Assembly: GCA_000165425.1 (NCBI GenBank)
Contig: CT868318.1
Span: forward strand, 709,067-773,066
DNA: 64,000 nt
Reading direction: 5' to 3'
Source: Paramecium tetraurelia
Taxonomy: Eukaryota
Part shown: in pieces, positions 55,927-64,000 of the stretch
Numbering within the stretch: the first letter of the stretch is position 1
Layout of the letters: each line of letters begins with the position of its first letter
Notes under the pieces: model-generated
The model's input: the letters and a program-made list of their open reading frames with translations, nothing else
What the model was told of the DNA's origin: nothing
Databases searched by the model: none
Made by a program: the position numbers and the translations under genes

Positions 55927-57944
55927 ATGGAGAGTATTTAAGATTTAAAAAACTTGATGTATAGTCATTTGCTTATTATTAAGAGGTCACAATTTCAATG
56001 CTGGGAATTTTAGTAAATATATGATAAACAATGATATTGCAGATGTCGATTAATTAATTAAGGATTGTCAATTAGAAAACTCAGGGCAAAGATTCAATAT
56101 CTGGAGATTATTTTTAAGGTAATCAATCGTTGAAAATTAGAATATATTCGAAAGAGGATTCATTTACCCAAAAAATAGAAAAGCTAACGAAACTTAGAGA
56201 AAATTATAAAGAATTAGAAAATAAACATCTGAAAACTTCGAATACCTAAGCCCAAAACAAAACTGAAGATTCAACTAAAAAAGGACCATTAGGAGGTCCT
56301 CTAGGAGGTCCCTTAGGCGGTGGCAAATAAAAATAACAATCCTCTAATGCAATTGATAATGTAGAATTAAGAAATGAAATCCGAAAAGATGTTGAAAGAA
56401 CTTATCAAGAATTTGAATTCTTTTCTTCAAAGCGAATTTAATAAATACTTACAACAGTATTATTTATTTGGTGTAAAGAGAATAGTGAGATATCATATAG
56501 ACAGGGAATGAATGAAATTGCTGCTTCATTAATATATATTTATACTAAGGAAGCATTATATAAGGAAGAGGTTGAAAAATATGAAGAAGTAACACTCAAC
56601 ATAATCATTAGGCAACTGAAGAAGAAATTAACATACTCTTGTAATTCAACTCTTGGGAATATGCAGAACCTGATATTTATGTATTGTTCACTGCTCTAAT
56701 GAATGATGCTTAACATATGGAGATGTTTAGACCAAATTACACTGAATAGCAAAAAATCAAGCTTTAAAGCAAGAAACCAAGTGCAATTTTAACAAGAGTT
56801 GCAAAATTACAAGACATTCTATTGAAGTAAGTGGATTTGCAATTATTTCGACATCTAAAACTTCTTCAAGTTGAATTCCAGATCTTCCTGTTAAAATGGA
56901 TAAGGTACAGCATTTAGTATAATCCTTAGATGTATGTTTACAAGAGAATTGTCATTAATAGAATCATTTCATGCTTGGGATGCAATCTTTTAGGATTTCT
57001 TTTTACAATAATGTGATACATTATTCTTTGTAGATTGTATAGCTATTGCCATGATAATTTACTTAAAAAATCAATGTAACTTTATATAATCTAACAATTG
57101 TAGTAATGGAAAATGAAGAATCAAGTCAATGTTATCAAAGGTTCTTGAAATACCCTAAAATATCCAATCTAGCTAACTTATTAGATACAGCAACTTAAAT
57201 AAGAAATATATTGATTTCTTAAAAGTCTTCTAATAATTTAGATGACAACCTTGAAGGAACAGAAAAAATAGAAAAACTAATAAGCCCAGCATTTTTTGTT
57301 GGTGATAAAGTAGATACAGATCCTAAGGCATAATAAGACAAAGTCAAAAGTCGTGAATAACCTTAACAACCTTAATAAAAGTCACAACCAGTTTAATAGT
57401 AAGTAACTTAAAATGAGGAAGAACAATCTTAATCACCCTAATCATAAATTAATGAAAAATAACCAGTGAAGCAATAAGAGTAACAAACAGTGTTCTTTGA
57501 TGACAAAATTATGGCATCAAATACAAAGGCTTAAAAATCATAGTTTAGTGTTGAAGAGAATGCTTAGCAGAAAGAGGTAGTCTAGGAAAGTGAAGATAAA
57601 TAAAAGCCAATTAAATTATCAATAAAAGCGGTAGAGGACATCTGTACAACTATAGAGGAAGCCTTTAATGTGATTAAGAAAAGCAATGAAAGGTATTATG
57701 ATGTTCTTATTAATTAGTTAAAATCATTAAGAATTGATAATTAGTTTGGCTGAACTTAAATCATATCTGACAAAATAAATAACAGAAGTTGAGGGAAGAT
57801 AAGGGAATTCATAGGATGATGGTTAAAGAAACAAAAATGGTGGATTTGTAATTAAGAAATAGCTCACAGGGTAACAACTTCCTCAAGAAGATAATGGAAT
57901 AAAGAGTAAGATGGCAGGCTTCTTTAAAAAATGGTGAAGTATGA
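55927..57944 (+). CDS. TBC-domain Rab GTPase-activating protein (TBC1D5-like)
   Basis: RFNIWRLFL, EIRKDVERTYQE (R finger), SYRQGMNEI (Q finger), FLLKWIRCMFTRE, AWDAIF; Q/E-rich tail. Confidence 0.88.
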
Positions 57945-58133
57945 TTTATTAAATTATAAAGTTTTTTATGTATTGTGAAATTAGAATGGTATTATTTTAA
58001 TAATAAAAATTTTGTTTTTTGGTTAATAGCAATTTAAAATGATATAATTGTATTAGTAATTTCAAATATGAAGCTTTCTATGTAGAAGATGAGAGAATAC
58101 TAAATATATATTAGAATCTATAATAAATTAATA

Positions 58134-58786
58134 TCATTTTTTTAGTAAATTCCTCATTTTAATCAAGTCGCTTTGCAGTTCCTCTTAATTTATGCACTAA
58201 GTAAACTCTCCTAATTATTATACAATCAGAAACCATTTTTTTTTAGCAATTCTTCTAAGAATGTATTTTTTTTCAACCAAGGCTCATAGATTTATTAAAT
58301 GCTGGCTTCTTCTAAAGAGATTTTTTTAATTAAAGAATGTATATATTCTGGATCTTAATCAGACTAATCTGCTTAATCTTAATTTATTGATGATTTTGTA
58401 ATTTGTGATTACTTTTTCTTTTTATCTATCTCTATCCTACACCACGGACATTTGTATCTGAAACTTCTATGCTACAATTGCGATTCGATGTCTGATACTT
58501 CGCAATCAATGTGTGTCTAACAAAATCATGATAATTATTATACCCATTTCCCACAACGCTGGTTATCACATTGAACCCACTTTTTGCCATCAAGGAAGTT
58601 CTGTTCGTCATCCTTATAGACTTGAGCACAAAAGTAGCAGCACTTCCTTCTCTTGTAAAGTTCATAGCAAGTACAGCATAATAGGATTGTTGAATCTGAA
58701 AACTTGGCCGCTTTTAAATCAAAGGAACTAGGGCAGTATTAATTGAAACATTATCTAACAGGCGGATACTCACCACTTGTTGACAT
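58134..58786 (-). CDS. PHD-finger protein with an extra N-terminal Cys cluster
   Basis: CFNQYC..CCTC then CYFC..WVQCDNQRCGKW.HIDC..YKCPWC (C4HC3); 2 introns. Confidence 0.82.
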
Positions 58787-58949
58787 TATTTCGATTTTAG
58801 TTATAATATTTATTACTTCATAATTATCATACTATAATATGTTTTTGAAGAAATCATTGTATTTCAAATGACAATTAAATTGAAAATAGCGCTATTCTCG
58901 ATCCAATTCTACAGAAGAATATAATTGGGTTTAATAATGAAGGTCAATA

Positions 58950-59670
58950 TCATAATCTCAACTTTTTTATTATAATGATCAAAAATTGAAAGAATACGCA
59001 GGCCAAGGCTAATGCATTAAGTGCAATGATGACGATGAATTTGATTGACTGAGTATCAAGTTCTGATAGAGTTCCTCTACAATAATGAATATACTCACTT
59101 ACTTGTCTGAATCTGATAACTTGTTTAGATTAATGAATTTCTTTATCAATTCTTATGCATAAAAGTGACCATTGGAGCTGAATACTATTCCTATTGATAA
59201 AGCTAATGCCTAATTGATAGATGTTCATACTAGGGTTAGGATGATGAAGGCTTAGGTCACTGCAATATTGCTCCATTCTAGTGATTGTTTCAATTTGGCT
59301 CTGGTTAGATAATAAGTTTCAGGTTCACCATCATTCATACTGGCTACCATCTAAAAGTCACTAATTATTCGGGGTTGCAAATTACATCTTGAAATACTCC
59401 ACCGTTCTGACCACAGCTACGAACAGAAATATGCAAAAGGCAACTGACTAAGAATTCTAGGCCAGATATTTACTTCCAAATATGGAATCTAGGAGGCATA
59501 GATTTCTCTGGTTCTGAAAAATGCTGTTCTACTAATGTCTAAAGACATTGATCCCAATTGAACTTTCAAACTAAACTCATATGACAATCATCGTACTCCA
59601 CGCTTATGGCAAATGCAACTATGGAGGCAAGAAATCCCACTACGGATACTAGAGGCAATAGAAAACTCAT
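58950..59670 (-). CDS. Four-TM membrane protein of unknown function
   Basis: After removing five 21-26 nt introns: MSFLLPLVSVVGFLASIVAFAISV..SVAFCIFLFVAVV..AFIILTLALALSIGIVF..FIVIIALNALALACVFFQFLIIIIKKLRL*. Confidence 0.65.
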
Positions 59671-59726
59671 AAAAATTATTATTATATTTTAAATTCTTTT
59701 TTCTATAATCAATCTTAAGTTTTATT

Positions 59727-60389
59727 CAAAACTATTTTAGGCAACTTTATTGGAGGAACCCCTATCTCAATAAATACAAAGAATATACTTATGGCAGTAG
59801 GCATATACACATCATGGGATAAGGCTTTGTCTGAAGAAAACATCTTCTTGGTGATGGAGCCCAAAGTACTCTTAGGTTTATTGTCAGATTCAGTGGCCAG
59901 TAACTTGCTTATGGATTTTAGTGGAGGCAGTTTAATTTGAGTTTGATTGTTTTTAGAAATGCTGTTGGTCCTTTAGGAATGAAATTATTAATTTTATTAT
60001 GATTTAGTGATTGCTAATTGTTGCTTTTTGCCGTAATAATATTTGAAAGATTACAAGTTGTCAGGATCATTGATAATGTTTCTTGAAATATTTTATGAAA
60101 CAATATTATCTTTGATATATATTTATTTAGCTTACCATGTTTCTAATATCAATTTCAAATTGATCTATTCCGTGGAACGACTCTTCTTGTTTTTACTTTT
60201 GTTGGGTAAGGTTTCATTAATTGAAGCAAGTTATGAGGGTTCATCATATTGAATGTTTGAAATCAGTTTAGGATTTTAAGATAAATATATTTTCTGGTTT
60301 TTTTTAAACACATCAATGATTGTTAATAAATCATTGATGTCCTACTTATTCTTCTTTGGACTTCTAAAAGTAGATGAAACATTTATCAT
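59727..60389 (-). CDS. Hypothetical protein
   Basis: MINVSSTFRSPKKNKQDINDLL.. coding-like frames; internal splicing and 3' end unresolved. Confidence 0.4.
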
Positions 60390-60416
60390 TTAATTTATTA
60401 TAAATAAAATAAATTA

Positions 60417-62072
60417 ATGAAAAAAGTGTTAACGCTTGTATTCAATATCACTATCATTAGGATGGAGCCAACCTATCAATTCAGGATTTGAAGGACATTC
60501 TGTAAGGGAATTTGGATGTCGTAGTTGAAATTCAAGAACATGTCAAAAGCGTAATTATTTTTTTTAGCGATGAATTAGCATATACTTCAATCCAGAAACA
60601 CAGTAGATTTGATTGTACAAAAGAAAATTCCAATCTATGGAATCAGCACAGGCTTTGGTAAATTTAAAGAGGTATTTATCAAACCATCTAATCAGATTTA
60701 CATTCCCCATTAAGAAATGGTGGATCTGTAGAAGAACTTGATTATCTCTCATGCTTCATGTGTTGGTGAACCATTAAAACCAAATATTGTTTTGGTAATG
60801 ATGATTTTGAGGTTGAATTGTCTCATCAGAGGATTTTCTGGTGTGAGAATGTCTCTTATAGAATCACTACAATAAGCGATAAATAAGAAATTGATTCCTA
60901 AGGTTCCATGTCAAGGTTCAGTCGGGGCATCTGGAGATCTGGCACCTTTATCTCATCTGGCTCTAGGACTCATGGGAATTGGTGAAATTTGGAATGATGG
61001 ATAATATATAGCTGCTGAGTAGGCTTTACAAATGCATGATTTTGAACATCTAGAATTCATGGAGAAGGAAGGATTGGCAATGAACAACGGAACTCAAATG
61101 ATGGCAGCCATCAATTTAGAAACCTTAATGAGATCATAGTACGTTATGAATGCTGCAGATCTAGCTTTGGGACTAACAAGTTATGCTTTATAGAGTAATC
61201 TCTATTATATAATTTAGCCAATTATCATTTCTTAAAAAACTACTCTAAGAATGATAACAAATCAAAAAATATAGTATTGAGTTTAATTGGAGAAGGATGG
61301 GCAGATTAAATTAAAACCAATCCTAAAAGTATATCGACGGCATTTACTACACATTAAATTATTAGATAGTCTATTGAAGAGAATCTAAGGATTGTGGAAA
61401 GAGAGATTAATTCAACAAGTGATAATCCAATAATTGATAATGAACGTCAATCAGCAAGATCAGGTGGTAATTTTCATGGAGAATATATGGGAATGTTGGC
61501 TGATAATATGTGTATAGCCTTACAAAGACTGTGCATATTTAGTGAGGTAATATTATTGCATCTATATTAATCAATTAGAGAAGACAAGAAAGATTGGTAA
61601 ATTCAGAAGTTGGAGATTGTGGATTGCCTATGTTTTTGACATCAAAGGGAGGATTATTGAATGGATATATGATTCCACAATATACCAGTGCTGCTTTGGT
61701 TTCTGAGAATAAAGTACTCAGTCATCCAAGTTGCATTGACACAGTTCCAACATCTGCAAACATAGAAGATCATGTGTCAATGGGAGCGTATAGTGCTAGA
61801 AAGGCTTTACAAATTGTTTAAAATGCAGAATACATAATTGCTATTGAATTGATGTGTGCAGCATAAGGATTGGAATTTGCAAAAGTCTAATTACCACCTA
61901 AGATTTAAAGTTGTCTTAAATTCATCAGAAATATTATACCTGATGTTAAAACTCAAGTAAATTCTTTAATATACTTTAGGATATCTTTATGAACTAATAC
62001 ATCGAATTAATGGCTAAGAATCTAAGGGATGGCCAAATCAATCAATTAATGGAAGAATTGTAACTATTATGA
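60417..62072 (+). CDS. Histidine ammonia-lyase-like (MIO-dependent lyase family)
   Basis: [82 protein letters not shown]; 6 tiny introns. Confidence 0.9.
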
Positions 62073-62338
62073 AATATTCATGTTTATTGTATTTATGATT
62101 TTCCTATTAAACTTTGTTGTTATGGCCCAAATTAAATAGAGATGCCATTTCAAAGAGAATGCATTGTATCGTATTGAGTTTAAATAAGAATTCTCTCAAA
62201 ATTTAAGGATTTTAGAATATTCTTATTGAGTATCTTTGTGAATAACTTATTTAAAAACGATTAATTATTTATAAACTGCGAATAAATGGATCAAATGATG
62301 AGGTTTTATTAATTTTATTTTATAATAAATTACTTATA

Positions 62339-64000
62339 ATGGATGATACTCATGAAGAAGAAAATAATAATGCTTACTTGTACATTGGGTTATGGCAAAA
62401 GATCACAGTTACTATAAGGATCGTTGTAGAATATATTTACTCGGATATTAAAAAGAGACCACGATCATTCAAGATTGGGTTATTTACAATCTACTTAGTA
62501 GTTATGTTTTTAGCATTGATACAGAGTGCCTTCTCACTCAGTCCTCTTATTTTCATTCAATTAGCTGAAACTACGGCTGGTGATACTGATTTAGTGTTCA
62601 CCCCAGTACCTACGGAGAATAAGACAAGATCGAATACTGACATTGGACCATAGAATTCAAACTTCTAAGCATCCTAGAACTTGGTAAACGGATTCAGTTT
62701 AGTGAATCAGACTGAAATAGTTAAAATCACGAAGGAAATTGGTGAAATATTTGATTCAACTCCAAGATGGTTAATGATTGGAAATTTGCAAAACCCAAAA
62801 GAAAATATAACTAAAATAAGTGATTAAATTCGATCATTCTTTTTATTAATTGATAGTGAGAAGGAAATCAGCATAGGATTGGGAAGGAGATTGGACACCA
62901 ACATAATCAATAATAATGAAGTGCTTGTTACATCGAGTGGATTAAGAGGTTTGAATGCCACTATTGGAGACATTTTAAATATGAATATTGATGTCATTCA
63001 ATTTCTATCAACTTACGTTATTACTGAGAACAATAACAATGACCCAACTACTTTCATAATGGCTGCTTTTGACACCTACTTGAATCGTCCTTTGGAGTTG
63101 ATCTACGGAGAAAATTTCACAAGGCAAGAATACACTGGGTATTAATTAAAGGAGTTGTCTTCGGAATTCATGATTTTCACAGATATTTTAGATAGCAATC
63201 CAGATTAGAAGTAGTCATTAAAGGAAAGCTTTCAGAATTAAATTAACTAATCTGGTATTTCGGGTGATTAAAAGGATATTGCAAATACAGCCTTCGATGT
63301 CTTATTTAACCAAGAATTAGGATATTTTTCAAGACTTTTAGCCACCTTTATTCAATCATTAGGTGACAATGATGTTGTTTCTATTTATATGGTTGAGGAG
63401 GTAGTGGCTGATATAATTGCAGATTCATTAGACTTTGACATTTAACTGAGGGTTAAGGAGAGTATCAAATCACCTAAAGGGAAGTGGGCAGATGGTTTGG
63501 GTAACATCGTAGTGATGGACTTTAGAAATGCAACTATCATTTTAAGGGAAGCATTCATAATCACATTGAATAATACAATTGAAGATTATAAATAAAACAG
63601 TCCAACCAATAGCATAGAAGAAATTGTAGCTTATAATATTCCTGCTGAAGATCTTTTTGGCTACATCAGAAATTTTACTGATGCAATTAAATTGGAAGAG
63701 TTTTCATTAACTAGTAATTTGGTAGTCAGAGACAGAGTTTCCAAATACACTAATTAAGATAACATCGATAATTTTGTTTTGGATGTCTCAAACTCCTTTT
63801 TTGATAAAGTTGGGTATGATTATCCTGTTAAGATCTCTGTTCCATTGGCAACTGCAATTAAATAATACTTGCTTTTGGGAAATTTTGTAGACAATTTAGT
63901 AGTTTCAGCAACATTTCTGTTATTGATGTTATCAATTCTATTGATTTATTCATTGATGATTGGAGATGTTGAAGAGAAGACTTATGAGTTTGGAATGTTA
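62339..64000 (+). CDS. FtsX/MacB-type (ABC3) permease-family membrane protein, 3'-truncated by the window
   Basis: YIYSDIKKRPRSFKIGLFTIYLVV TM1, large extracytoplasmic region, then LLMLSILLIYSLMIGDVEEKTYEFGML resembling the FtsX coupling-helix motif. Confidence 0.75.

Noticed and set aside
59560..59600. In-frame TGA early in the 4-TM gene suggesting selenocysteine or readthrough
   Set aside because: A canonical 26-nt intron (GTACGATG..TTTAG) shifts the frame, so no recoding is needed.

Overview
AT-rich, gene-dense eukaryotic DNA from a ciliate macronuclear chromosome, almost certainly Paramecium (probably P. tetraurelia). Long reading frames open only when TAA/TAG are read as Gln and TGA is the sole stop, and genes carry tiny 21-38 nt GT..AG introns. 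The supplied standard-code ORF track therefore shows only fragments, and I re-translated by hand. About 30 protein genes and one initiator tRNA-Met are visible. They include a full-length cytoplasmic dynein-1 heavy chain (33443-47090, 4540 aa, one intron), CFAP57/WDR65, tandem 14-3-3 and CK1 pairs, a Rim15/IRE/Greatwall-type kinase, a 55-aa endosulfine-like microprotein, a 3xRRM+SPOC protein, a cyclin, a pyrophosphatase, a pseudo-DUSP, a TmcB-like PAS membrane protein, a histidine phosphatase, a divergent mitochondrial carrier, PB1-ZZ, TBC and PHD proteins, a HAL-like enzyme and an FtsX-type permease. The most unusual observations are an ATGA stop/start overlap between the two 14-3-3 genes (one with a degenerate phosphopeptide groove), a HAL-like enzyme that keeps the ASG cofactor motif but lacks QDxYSLR, a start codon that appears only after splicing, and a cryptic endosulfine gene. 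Coordinates are hand-derived; no database searches were run.
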